In this document: positions 25,549 through 42,033 of the stretch, one piece after another
Numbering within the stretch: the stretch's first letter is position 1
Layout of the letters: each line of letters starts with the position of its first letter
DNA from: Moniliella sp. 'wahieum'
Taxonomy: Eukaryota
Direction: 5' to 3'
Assembly (NCBI GenBank): GCA_003971905.1
Contig: RSEE01000156.1
Span: forward strand, 62,001-108,162
DNA: 46,162 nt
Translations under genes and position numbers: made by a program
The notes under the pieces: generated by a model
The model's database searches: none
Seen by the model: only the letters and a program-made list of their open reading frames with translations
What the model was told of the DNA's origin: nothing

Positions 25549-28461
25549 ATGAACTCCCAACCGCCGTCGCTCGCGGGCCCTGCGCCCCTCCTCCCGCCCG
25601 ACCACCACCACCACCACCCGCTGCCGCTGCCGCTGGCGCCATGGCTCGCTCCTCCGCCCGCCGCTGCCCCTTTGCCGCCTCGCCCGCTCCGGCCCCCGCC
25701 CCGCTCGCCGCCTCCTTCCCGCCTGCCCGCTCCTCCTTGGCCTCGGCCCAGCCCAGTGTCGCCCGCCGCACCCACCCCCATCCCCAGCGCCCCCCGCCTC
25801 GGCCCTCGGAACAGCTGCCATGCCCATCGTGTCTGATGAACCAGCACAGCCCGCCTCTCCGCCTCGTGCGTCATCCATCGCGCCCAATCCTGTCCCCGCT
25901 TCTGGTTTGGTTTGAACACACTACCTCTTTTCTGCCCCATCGACCCATCCCGTGCCTGCCGCGCGCATTGCCCGTTACGCCATTGTCGTTCCCGCTGTCG
26001 GTCCTTCAGTGCTGACACCGGCTGCGGCAGCGGAGCGACATCACTCGCTTGGGCCGTACCCCCCTTTTCCCTCCCGCCCCAACCTGTGGCTACTTCGTCA
26101 TCTGCTTCACTTTCTTCTTCCTCCTTAGCCGGGGCGTACCCTCCTCCGCGGCCCCTAGCCACGCCATGCGTACCGGCCCAAACGCCTGTTCCAGCTCCTT
26201 TGCCAGTACCTGTTCCTGCGCCTGCCCTCGTGCCCTCAGAAGCAGGTCAGGCCAAGCCTCCCGTCGCGCCCCGTCCAAACCTCAACTCTTGACTAAGCCC
26301 CGCCTCAGCCTCAGCCTCAGCCGCACCCTCCCCCCCCGACCCACTCGCATCGCATTCTACTCCATCCCACCCCAATCCCCAACCTAAGAAACATGCCATT
26401 GCGCCAGCATGATTGCCCGGCTGACTGAGAGCCAAGCCGAATGCGAAGCCACTTGCAAGACAAGGTTCGTCCCTCTCCCGTGCGCGCATTTGGGTTCCCC
26501 TTTTTTCACACGATCTGACTGATTTTGTTCACCAGACACCATGTGCTTTGCAACCTGATCAGAGGCGACTCACTCTGCGTCAATTGCCGGCCGAACCGGC
26601 TGGCGGTCCCACCACCCACTAGGATCAATGGGATCAGAGGCCTGCACCAACCGCGCCCATTGCCAAAACCGGCCAAAAAGACAGCGTTGTCGTCCCCGCC
26701 TTATCCCAAGAGTGCACCCTCGGCTGCACTGGGCCCACGGCCTCCTCCCTCTCAAGCGCTGCGAACCAAGCTGTCCAGAACTTCGGTCTGCTTTTGTGGC
26801 GTTGTGGGAGCAGGCCAAGGACGGTACGGATGCCTCTGTCCGCGCAGCCAAGGCTGCCGATACGGCGCAAGCGGTCGAAGCGCATTTGTGGAACGGGTGG
26901 TACTCAGTCCGTCTCCTGCTGTCGTTCCTTCCCCCTCACAACCACGGGAACGGGAACGGGAACGGGAACGGGAACGGGAACGGGAACGGGAACGGGGAAA
27001 TTCAACAGCCGCGGGTCTTGTGGGATCGACTTCGTCCGCCCACGCGTTGGCACAGCAAAAGTCCAACTTGGCCACGTACCGCGATCGGCTGCGATCTTGT
27101 TGGTCCAACTGAAGAATAAACGTAACACGGCCTTGCACCAACAGATTGTGTCTTGTGCCTTGTCCCCTGCGCAGTTGGCTGAACTAACCCCTGACCAACT
27201 GGCCAGCGAAGCTATGCGCTCCTTGATCGCTTCAACGCGCAAAGATAACTTGGCCTCGTCGGTCGTCCGCGAGATCCGACGGACCACGGTCAGGTCGTCA
27301 TAGTCGATTCGGATTTGATTCTGATTCTGAACGGGATTCTGGACCGGATACAGGCCCGTCTGTCTCCCCCCTGGTTCGCGTCCTGACTCGTCCACTTCAA
27401 AGCAACCGTCCAAGGTGGCATCAATGCCACCGTCACAGTCACCGTCGATGTCCTCTGTACCCCCATCCACTCAGTCGCTCCCGCGTCCCCCCCCCGGACC
27501 GCGGGGGCAAACCGATTTCCAAACCTCCTGCCCGGACCGGGACCGGTGCTGCAGCTCCCCGCAGCTTGCCATCCAGGGGTACTACCAAACGTCCCCCTGC
27601 GCTGGCCAAGGCGGCTCCTCGTACTGCCCTACTTAAAACGACGACATCGACCAAGTCCACCGCTTCCCCCTTTACGGCGCTCAACCTCGACCGCCTCTTG
27701 TCTGCTGTCAACGCTCCTCCCCCTAAGGAACATGAACTGGTCGAAAAGGGTAGAGCGGCACGTCAAGCTCAAGGTCCCCATTGCCTTCGTCTCCTTCTCT
27801 TTCTACTTCTTCGTTCCTTCTACTTCTACTTCCTCCCACCCCGACCGGTCCCATCCCAACGGCGCGACTACCGTCCCTCCCTCCCACCTCTACCTCTCCT
27901 GCACCTGCACCTGCACCTGCACCTGCACCTGGTGGTGGGACCGATGGTACGACCGATGGTGGTGGTCATGCTTCGCCCCCCTCGCCCCCGTCCGACCTGA
28001 CATCGCGATCCTACTGGACCAACTCAAAACCTCCATGCGATCCCCCTGCCCTCCGCGGAGCCCGAGGAGCACCCTACGACTGCAGCGGACTCACTGCTCC
28101 CCCCACACCGACACGCCGCTCCCCCCACCCTCTCGCGCCCGTCGACTCATCGACCACCTCAACTGGTGCCTACCCCCCTCCCCCTTCCGGACGCTGTGAC
28201 GCCAAGCGCGGTGGATGCACCGCATGCACCGCTCCCGTGCACGGACGTACGTTCCCCTCAGACCCGGACCTGGTGCAGGACCCGAGTGTGGTTACGTCCA
28301 CTTCAGATGCCGGGCAGGATGTGCCTGCTGTGCTTGATGTGGCTGATGTGGCTGCTGTGGCTGCTGTGCCTGATGTGGCCAGGTCGGGGCCGGGGCCAGA
28401 CGTGGATTCGAGTTCGAGTTCGAGTTCGTTGGTGCAGCAGTTACTGCAGCGGTTAGGGTAG
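25549..28461 (+). CDS. PHD finger + TFIIS central-domain protein (Bye1/PHF3/DIDO-like), frameshifted
   Basis: Splicing intron 26465-26535 gives TCHC..AECEATCKTRHHVLC..LCVNC, a C4HC3 PHD pattern. TFIIS-M-like segment: AQAVEAHLW..TYRDRLRS..LKNKRNTALHQQIVSCALSPAQLAELTPDQLASE. Both ends uncertain. Confidence 0.65.
26946..26996. repeat. (GGGAAC)n hexamer, probably coding poly-(NG)
   Basis: Eight perfect copies inside the TFIIS-M region. Confidence 0.9.
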
Positions 28462-28501
28462 ATACCCAACTGGCCAAACGATCTGTGCTCTCGCGTCTAC
28501 T

Positions 28502-28550
28502 TGGTACGTGGTCCTTGGTACGTGGTACGTGGTCCTTGGTACGTGGTACG
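28502..28550. repeat. Heptamer array TGGTACG/TGGTCCT with 21-bp higher-order period
   Basis: Seven units in the order A-B-A-A-B-A-A. Confidence 0.9.
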
Positions 28551-29081
28551 GCTGGCAAGACGAAAACGGACTACGGGCTTGTACCTGGGTGTACGAGCTC
28601 GCTGCGGCCATTGTGCTGCTCAAACGTTTAAACGCTAAACGCTAAACGATAGCGGTAGCGGTCCAAGTTGACCCCCCACCCCCCTCCGCTGCTCATGTCG
28701 TAGTAGGATGATCGAGTTCGATGACATGCCCGGTGATCTCAAGTGACTAGTGAGAAGTGACTAGTGATGGCTGTCGGACGATTGAGTGTGTGGGCGAGCC
28801 GGCGAGGCCGGAGGGAGTGGGAGCACATGTGGATGTACATGTAAGATCCTACACCGTGTCCCAGTGTTCAGTCCAATTCGGTGCGCTGAGAAACTAGTCT
28901 AGAGCCTAGTAGTGTGTTGCACGATTGGGATATTGCTGTTAGAGGGTACTGCTAGGGTTCTCCTGCGCGGCCCTCAATGGATCGGTGACGCTCGCCTAGC
29001 CGAACGGAAGCGTTCCGCTCGCAGGCCGCGCACGCCCTGCTCGCTCCATCTCCCTTCTCTCTCTCCTTTCTCCTTCCCTTC

Positions 29082-29235
29082 AGACGTTGCTTGAAGACTT
29101 GTGGCTCACCACTTTGCCTTCACGCCTTGTCTGAAGGTACGCCTCTGCTTCCTTTCTTGACCTGTTGCTCCTCACAATGAGACGTTGCTTGAAGACTTGT
29201 GGCTCACCACTTTGCCTTCACGCCTTGTCTGAAGG
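29082..29235 (+). repeat. Exact 56-bp direct repeat (29082-29137 and 29180-29235) with a 42-bp spacer
   Basis: AGACGTTGCTTGAAGACTTGTGGCTCACCACTTTGCCTTCACGCCTTGTCTGAAGG occurs twice. Confidence 0.95.
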
Positions 29236-29539
29236 CTGCTTTGCAGCTGATCCATAGGATCGCGAGTGCTCCCAAGTCGCACTCTAGCAATTGCGTACTC
29301 AGACTGAGTGGAGCAGCGGGCCGAGGAGACTACGTTCCACGCACAAATGGTCAACGTGTCACCGGTCACCGGTCACTATTCAATGTTCAAATTGCAACGC
29401 GCAAACGGGCGGCCGCCACGCACGTAAGCCGTAAGCTAAGCGCCAAGTAGTCTCGCTGCTCCACACCGCGGGGGGGGGGGCTGGTCTGGCATCTTGCGTC
29501 TTGGCTACCACCCCACTCTTTCTGCGCTTCCACCTCACC

Positions 29540-30664
29540 ATGGGCCAACAAGGTTCCCAGCTGCTCGACGAGATTGAGCACACGACCAATTGTATGCCCC
29601 CCCTCCCCTCTCCTCTCTTGCGCCTGCACTTGACTTGTTACTCGTTGCTCGTTGTTGCGTTGCTGCTCTCTTGGCTCGGCCCAGTCGCCCTCCCTCTGCT
29701 CTGAGACCCGAGACCTGACCTGTGACCTCCCTTGACCACTACTTTGCTACACCTTACCTTGTATAGTCTCTGGCCCCGAGATTCGGCGGCTGAAGAACGG
29801 TTTTATGAAGCTGGACACGAATGGGTCCGGATCGATTGAGACGGAAGAGTTTCTTCAGATTCCTACTGTGGCCAATAACCCGCTTGCCCTTCGCCTCATT
29901 TCCATCTTTGACGAAAAGTTCGTCCCCCCCCCCCTTGCTCGACTCCCGCCTCCGCTGTCCTTCCTGCTACTTCTCCAGGTGTGCGAACGCGGACTGACTC
30001 TTGTCACCTTTTTCTTCTTCTTCTTCTTCGTCTCCCAGTGACACGGGCACGGTCGACTTTAAGGAATTTGTCAAGGGTCTCAGTGCGTTCAGCAACAACG
30101 GCAGTTCGGACGAGAAGCTGAAGTGTACGTCGAGTTCTGGTGTGATTTCGGGGAGGGTGTGATGCATGGTGTATGGTGTTGCCGCGAGTGCTCCCACATA
30201 CCAAGGGGTACCGATGGAACTAACCACCAACTAAACGTGCGTGTGCCACTTGATCATGATGATGATGATGTTGTTGTTGTTGGGGGTGGGGGGTCAGTTG
30301 CCTTCAAGGTCTACGACATGGACCGCGATGGATACATCTCCAATGGCGAGCTCTTTCTCGTTCTCAATGATGGTCGGCAACAACCTCAAGGACCAGCAGC
30401 TGCAGCAGATCACCGATAACCATCATGGAGGCCGACAAGGATGGCGATGGCAAGATTGACTTTGAAGAGTTCAAGGCCATGGTGGCCAACACGGATGTAC
30501 GTCCCCCCTCCTCCCCCCCTCCCCTTGTTTGTGGCTATGAGGGCTACAAGGGAAGGGCGAGTTACCCTGTGTGAGGCCAGGTGGACTGACAGTGTGACCC
30601 GGTGTGGCTTGTTGCTTGTCGGCTAAAGATCGCCAAGCAACTAACGTTGGAGGACCTATTTTGA
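29540..30664 (+). CDS. CNB1: Calcineurin regulatory subunit B
   Basis: MGQQGSQ myristoylation-type start, then [99 protein letters not shown] and [11 protein letters not shown]. Four introns and some indels. Confidence 0.95.
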
Positions 30665-31376
30665 TCCATGGATCCCACTCCATTCCGTTCCGTTCCATTC
30701 ATTCGATCCCGACTCGGTGGACGGGGTGTCGTGCTCACGCGCCTATGCGTACGGGTGCATGTGGGTATGCCCCCCCGGGATGTGCGTGGACTAGTGGCGC
30801 CAAGCTTCAAGCTCAAGCTCAAGCTTCAAGAGCGCGCCGGTGCCTGGTGTGGCCCATCCGGCGGCAACATTGTACTACTTACCATCCCGTGTTCTGGTGT
30901 GGCGTAGTGTCAGGTGTCTGGTGTCAGGCCTCAGATAGGAGGTCGGAGGGCTCTGTGGATTGGAGTGGCTAGCCTAGGCCAGCTCGACTTGATCATTCTG
31001 CGTTGGCGCGGTACGCGGGATCCCGAGCATCCCAGGGCATCCCTCCTGGGACAGCGTGGCAGTGACGAATGGCTGGGTGGATGGATGCGTGAGTTGTACG
31101 CGGCGGAATGTGTTGGCGGAATGGGTGGGCCCGGATGGTCGATGGTCCAATCTACCGGCAGCACAGCACAGCAATGCTCAATGCTCCCCCCGCCCCGCAC
31201 GGCGCCACTCAACGTGGCACCCCTGGGCGGAACCAGGGGCGGAACCAGAGGGACTGGCGCTGTGCGGCGTGTATCCCAGCGCGCGGGGACACACACACTG
31301 CCCCTGTGCGGGCGCAGCTGGTCGATTTTTTTTTTTTTTCTTCAGCTCCCGCCTTGGTTGGGAAGGGCAGCTGAGG

Positions 31377-31384
31377 TATATAAA
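31377..31384 (+). promoter_or_regulatory. TATA box of TEF1, preceded by a poly(dT) tract at 31326-31339
   Basis: TATATAAA lies ~70 bp upstream of the TEF1 ATG. Confidence 0.6.
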
Positions 31385-31452
31385 CCTTGCATCTGTCGGA
31401 CCGGGTGCGGGGGCTTTCTTTCTCTACCACCAGGTTCACTCTATCGTTCACC

Positions 31453-32912
31453 ATGGGTAAGGAAAAGGTGAGTCTGGCGTCTAACTTCGCCCCCTTTGTC
31501 TTGACATGCAAGTGGTCGCCTCGTGCTAACTTCCCTCGTCTTGTCTCCAGCTTCACGTTAACGTCGTCGTCATTGGCCACGTCGACTCGGGCAAGTCGAC
31601 CACGACCGGCCACTTGATCTACAAGTGCGGTGGTATCGACAAGCGTACCATTGAGAAGTTCGAGAAGGAGGCTGCTGAGCTCGGCAAGGTTCGTTCAAGT
31701 ACGCCTGGGTGCTCGACAAGCTCAAGGCCGAGCGTGAGCGTGGTATTACCATCGACATTGCCCTGTGGAAGTTCGAGACGCCCATACCAGGTCACTGTCA
31801 TTGACGCCCCCGGCCACCGTGACTTCATCAAGAACATGATCACGGGCACCTCGCAGGCCGACTGCGCCATTCTCATCATTGCCGCCGGCACTGGTGAGTT
31901 CGAGGCTGGTATCTCCAAGGACGGCCAGACCCGTGAGCACGCCCTGCTCGCCTTCACCCTTGGTGTGCGCCAGCTCATTGTTGCCGTCAACAAGATGGAC
32001 GCTACCAAGTACTCGGAGGACCGCTTCAACGAGATTATCAAGGAGACCTCGACCTTCATCAAGAAGGTCGGCTTCAACCCCAAGTCGGTTCCCTTTGTCC
32101 CCATCTCGGGCTGGAACGGCGACAACATGATCGAGGCCACCACCAACATGCCCTGGTACAAGGGTTGGGAGAAGGAGACCAAGGCTGGCAAGGCTACGGG
32201 CAAGACGCTCCTTGATGCCATTGACGCTATTGACCCCCCTCGCCCCCCCCTCGCTCAAGCCCCTGCGTCTCCCCCTGCAGGACGTGTACAAGATTGGTGG
32301 TATTGGCACTGTCCCTGTCGGCCGTGTCGAGACCGGTGTGATCAAGCCCGGTATGGTCGTTACCTTTGCTCCTGCTAACGTGACTACTGAAGTCAAGTCG
32401 GTCGAGATGCACCACGAGTCGCTCCCCGAGGGCTCCCCGGTGACAACGTTGGTTTCAACGTTAAGAACGTCTCGGTCAAGGACATTCGTCGTGGTAACGT
32501 TGCTGGTGACTCGAAGAACGACCCCCCTATGGAGGCTGCCTCGTTCACGCCCAGGTCATCATCATGAACCACCCTGGCCAGATCTCGAACGGCTACTCGC
32601 CCGTTCTTGACTGCCACACGGCCCACATTGCTTGCAAGTTCGACTCGATTCTTCCAAGATGGACCGTCGGTCGGTAAGACCATTGAGGAGACGCCCAAGT
32701 TTATCAAGTCGGGTGACGCTGCCATGGTCAAGATGATCCCCACCAAGCCCATGTGCGTCGAGGCCTTCAACGAGTACCCCCCGCTCGGCCGTTTCGCTGT
32801 CCGTGACATGCGCCAGACCGTCGCCGTCGGTGTGATCAAGTCGGTTGAGAAGACCTCGGGCAAGGGTGGCAAGACCACCAAGGCCGCTGAGAAGGCCGGC
32901 AAGAAGAAGTAA
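31453..32912 (+). CDS. TEF1: Translation elongation factor 1-alpha (indel-broken in this assembly)
   Basis: MGKEK, intron 31468-31550, then [85 protein letters not shown] and AGKKK*. Confidence 0.99.
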
Positions 32913-33920
32913 AGTAAGCGTCTGGTCCCGCTAGGCTTTCTTGAGCTCCTCGTCCGTTGTCCGTCGTAGCGAGGAGCTCGAATAAAAAAACCCACATTTT
33001 CCCCCTTTTCGCCTCGCCCGAGAGCAAGCCTCGGAGTGTGCTTGTACCCCCCTCCCTTATTGCATCTTTCATGCTGCATTCGTCCTGCCGGGATCACGTA
33101 TCTTGTGTAGTCGTTCTTCCGACACTAGGTCATCATGCTCCGCCTGGCAACGCTGCCAATACGCGATGCCGAATGTCCATTTAGGTAGCTACGATACGAA
33201 GCAAATATACACATGTGGGTAAGTGGGCAAGTGGCCCGAAGGACACGTTTTTATCGGTTGGTCCTGCGGAGCTCGTGGGGATGGTTTGTAGGTGCTTGGT
33301 AGCTCGTCCAGCGCCGCGCGCTTGCGCATCGACCCCCACCTACCCGCCCTCGTCCGCGTACGCGTCGGGCGCCACCGACGGAGACTTGGCTGACTGTGTG
33401 CTCTGGCCGAGCGCACTGTATATTAGTTTTCGCCTGCTTTGCCTCGACGTTCAAGTTGAAGTTGAAGTTGAAGTTCAAGATGCAGTTGCAGTTGAGAGGC
33501 GCAGGGGCGGAATGTTGGCTGGTGGAGCCCACATACTGTTCCGCCCGGCTACCGGCGGAGATTTCCACTGTGCGCGAGAGTTTTTTGCTGGGTTAGGTCC
33601 GTGCACGCTCGCCCCCCTCGATCGCCACTGGCGCTGTGCCCCGCCGCCCCCCCCCCCGGTTCGGTGCATGAAACACGGCAAGACTGGCCACTAGGCCACT
33701 AGCACCCACCACTAGTGGTAGTGACGCGTGACGGTCCTCGGTATTCATGTTGAGTGTTGTTGAGTGCTGGCGAGTATTGAGTACCGAGTTCAGTGCCCAG
33801 TCCCATGCGCAAAAATTGACGTCATCTCTTCGCCTAACCTCATGCTCATGACTGGCTCAATTCAGCTTCATTTCTTCCCCACCTCCTCTCCCTTTCTTCC
33901 TGCCCCCCACCCCCCCTACC

Positions 33921-36489
33921 ATGGCCGACGAGGAGCGTGACCCGCTGCTCCCCATCCACGGCGACCGCGACGCCCCCCCCGCGTCTCTTGGGCGCGGATC
34001 AAGCGCGCCACAGCCGCCACCTTTGCCCCCCTCGCCAACCCAGAGCAGCTGCGCCCGCTTGAAAAGTTCCTTCTCATCCTCGCTCTCGGCCTCTTCCTCT
34101 TGTCGTCCGTTTTCATTGGTCTCTTTGCCGGCGTGTCCAACCGTCTCCACCACCCTGATCCGCCCTCGCCACCGTCCCCTTCCCCTTCGCCCGGCCCGCC
34201 CGCCCCAGCACCGCCTTCTCCGCCCGAAGACCCGTGGCAGCCGCACCCGCCCCCGCCGCCTGTCGAGCGTGTGTGCACGACTCCGGCGTGTGTCTTGGCC
34301 GCGAGCGACTTGTTCCGGGGCATGAACCAGTCGGTCAACCCATGCGATGACTTTTACCAGTTTTCCGCTGGCGGATGGCTTGCCACCCATGCCATCCCGG
34401 ACGATGCCGGCTTGTTTGGCGCAGGCCAGTTTGTCGCGGCTCACAATGCCGAGGTGGTACGTAAGATCTTGGAAGACGCCCCGGCCTCGGTCCCGTCCAA
34501 GCCCACCTGGGACGATCAGGCACTGGTCAAGCTCCGCACGTACTACGACGCGTGCATGGACACGGCCACCCAGGACACCAAGGGCGATGCACCCCTTTTG
34601 GACGTCGTGGCCAATGTCACTTCCCGCTTCGCCAAGGGCAACGGTAAGGGCACGAAGGATAAGAAGGATAAGGGACTACGCTCGTCGGTGGACCAGCTTG
34701 CTATGGTTGATGGAGCGGCGGGCAAGCCCGTTGAGCACCCCCCCTGGGCGATCCGGGTGTTCTTCCCCCTGCTCCGGGCGGACCGCAGTCGCGTCAAGCC
34801 CGTCTGACCCGGACCTTGGCGTGGCTTCATTCGCGCGGCGTGCCTGCGCTGTTTGAGTGGACGGTGGATGGGGACTCGGGGTACAACCCGCAGCTGGGCA
34901 CTCCGACCTTGACTGCCTCGGGCCTCGGCTTGCCCGATCCGAGTTACTATGACGACGAAGAAGACCGCACGTTTTACCTCGATGTGATCCGGGATACGTT
35001 TGAGGTGTTGGCGTACGCCGGACCGAACAAGTTGGCCAAATCGGTGGTAGGGTTCGAACAGGACTTGGCTGCCTTGTCGGACGAGGCGGGCGAGGTGGAC
35101 CCCATTGCGCGCTCTACAACCCCGTCAACTTGTCTACGTTCTCGGCCCAGGTCAAATCCATTGAATGGACCGCGTACTTTAGTGCGCTCACCACCACCGC
35201 CCTCCTCGGGTCGTCATCCTCACCGATCCCAAGTGGCCGCACAAACTGGACGACTTGTTGTCGCGCACGTCGGACGAGGTGGTGGAGGCGTACCTGGTGT
35301 GGTCGACGGTACGTACGCTGGCGCTCCAGCTAGGCCCGCATGCCCCGTTGCGGGTCGTGTACGATCGTCTGGACCGTCGTCTGAAGGGGGTCGAGCCCGA
35401 TGCACGGGAAGATCGGGCGACGACGTGCGTGGCGCAGGTGAATGACGCGCTGGGCTTCTTGGCTGGGCGGTACTTTGTCCAGCAAGCCTTTAGTCCCCAA
35501 GGACGCAAGAAGGCCGAGGACATTATTGCGTCGATTATTGTCGCGTTTAAAAAGCGTCTGCCTGCGCTCGACTGGCTCGACCCGCACACGCGCAAGCTCG
35601 CCGAAGAAAAGGCGGATGCCGTGCGGATCAAGGTGGGCTACCCAGACAAGTACCCCAACACGGACGATGCACAGGCGCTGGTTGGATTCTATGCCGACCT
35701 GCTTGTTTCGCCCGACGACTTTTTCGGCAATGCACTGCGTTCGGCCACGCGCTTGCAGCTGCGCCAGTGGCTGTACAATGACCGTGCGCTCAACCCCAAC
35801 CGGTGGGACATGTTCCCAGCCGAGGTCAATGCGTACTACAACCCGACAGGCAACGAAATTGTGTTCCCGGCGGGGCTGCTGCAGCCGCCGTACTTTGATG
35901 CCAGCTGGCCCGACTACATGAACTATGGCGCCTTTGGCCAGACCGCCGGCCACGAGCTGTCGCACGCGTTTGACCCGCAGGGACGCCTGTACGACAAGGA
36001 CGGCTACCTGCGCGACTGGTGGACCAACTCGACTGCGGCCGAGTTTAACCGGCGGAAACAGTGCATTCTGGACCAGTACAGCAACTACACGGTGGACGAT
36101 GGCAAGGGCCATCGGCTGCCGCTGCATGCGACCGCGTCGATTGGGGAAGACGTGGCGGACGGCGGCGGGCTGGAACAGGCGTTCCGTGCGTGGAACGCGT
36201 CGTTTAGTGCCAACACGCCGGCGTCGCGCGCAGCCAACGTGCGTCTGCCAGGCCTGGGAGCGTACACGCGCGAACAGCTCTTCTTCCTCGTTCACGGCGT
36301 GGCGCGTGGGCACGCAACATCCGCGCCTCGGAGCAGGTCAAGCGGCTGCGCACCGACGAGCACTCGCCCACCATGTACCGCGTCGTGGGGTCTGTGTCCA
36401 ACTCGGACGCATTTGCGCGTGCGTTTGGATGCTCCCCGGGGCAGGACAAGATGGCGCGCTCGCCCGAGGAGCGCTGTGCGATCTGGTAG
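33921..36489 (+). CDS. M13 family zinc metallopeptidase (neprilysin/ECE-like), type II membrane protein, frameshifted
   Basis: N-terminal TM (FLLILALGLFLLSSVFIGLFAG), then VCTTPACV..MNQSVNPCDDFYQFSAGGW, VNAYYNP..NEIVFPAGLLQPPYF, the zinc motif GHELSHAFD, GEDVADGGG and C-terminal RCAIW*. Confidence 0.93.
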
Positions 36490-37025
36490 CGCCCAGCGTC
36501 TGCCTGCACGGAGCAATGAATGCTGAATGCCATGCATGCATCCATCCGATCGATCGCGCGCTGCACGGAGGCCTGCAGGACTCCGTCAGTAACTAGTAAC
36601 TAGTAATCATAGCACAGGTAGCAGAGCAGCAACCCTAGCATGCATGCGTGGGGCAGGGCAGTGCAGGAGGACTAACCTAACCCAACCCTAGTGTGGGGGC
36701 GGCGCGTGGCGAAAAGCGGCGCCAGGCGGGGGGCTGGATGCGCATGGCTGGAGCAGTCACTCGTCCGCGTCAGTCGTCACTCGTCGCTCGCCACTCGTCA
36801 CTCGTCACTGGTCACGCTCGCCGCAGCCGTGCATTGCATACCCAGCATAACCCAGCAAGCATCGCCCGCACCAGCAGCACCCGCAACGGCCTGGCCAGCA
36901 CAGCATCCCCCCCGCCCTGCCCGCCGTGCTGCTCGCCGTGCTGCTCGCCGTGCTGCCCCCCGCCAGCCCGCCCTGGCCCCCTGGCTCCTTGGCCCATGCC
37001 CACCGCCCTGGCCAGCCCCCCCGCC

Positions 37026-41701
<4,676 letters not shown>

Positions 41702-41710
41702 GATCTTACT

Positions 41711-41820
41711 TTGTTCCCCCTTGTTCTCCCTTGTTCCCCCTTGTTCCCCCTTGTTCTCCCTTGTTCCCCCTTGTTCTCCCTTGTTCCCCCTTGTTCCCCC
41801 TTGTTTTCCCTTGTTCTCCC
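41711..41820. repeat. (TTGTTCYCCC)n 10-mer minisatellite
   Basis: About 11 copies directly after the kinase stop codon. Confidence 0.95.
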
Positions 41821-42033
41821 TCGTTCTTCGTCAAGGCGGCACCCACATGTTGCTGGCCGCGTGTGAACCGGTTCCTTTTTTTTCCTATATCCTGCCCGCG
41901 CTTACTTCGTTGTGCCTTTGATATGAGACATGGATGACCTTCGCTGCATTACTAGTTGCGATTCTTCCTGTAGAGTCCTCCCTCCCCTCGGCCCCACATT
42001 CCAACCAGCCCCCGAAACAACGAAAAGGTAAAG

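Noticed and set aside
28502..29235. CRISPR-like repeat-spacer array (heptamer array, 56-bp repeat; also 19942-20110)
   Set aside because: Only two long copies, no series of unique spacers, no cas genes, and the context is eukaryotic.
36671..36691. Telomere or telomerase-RNA template (CTAACCTAACCCAACCCTAG)
   Set aside because: Only 2-3 degenerate units in an intergenic promoter, with no array or supporting RNA structure. Treated as a promoter motif instead.
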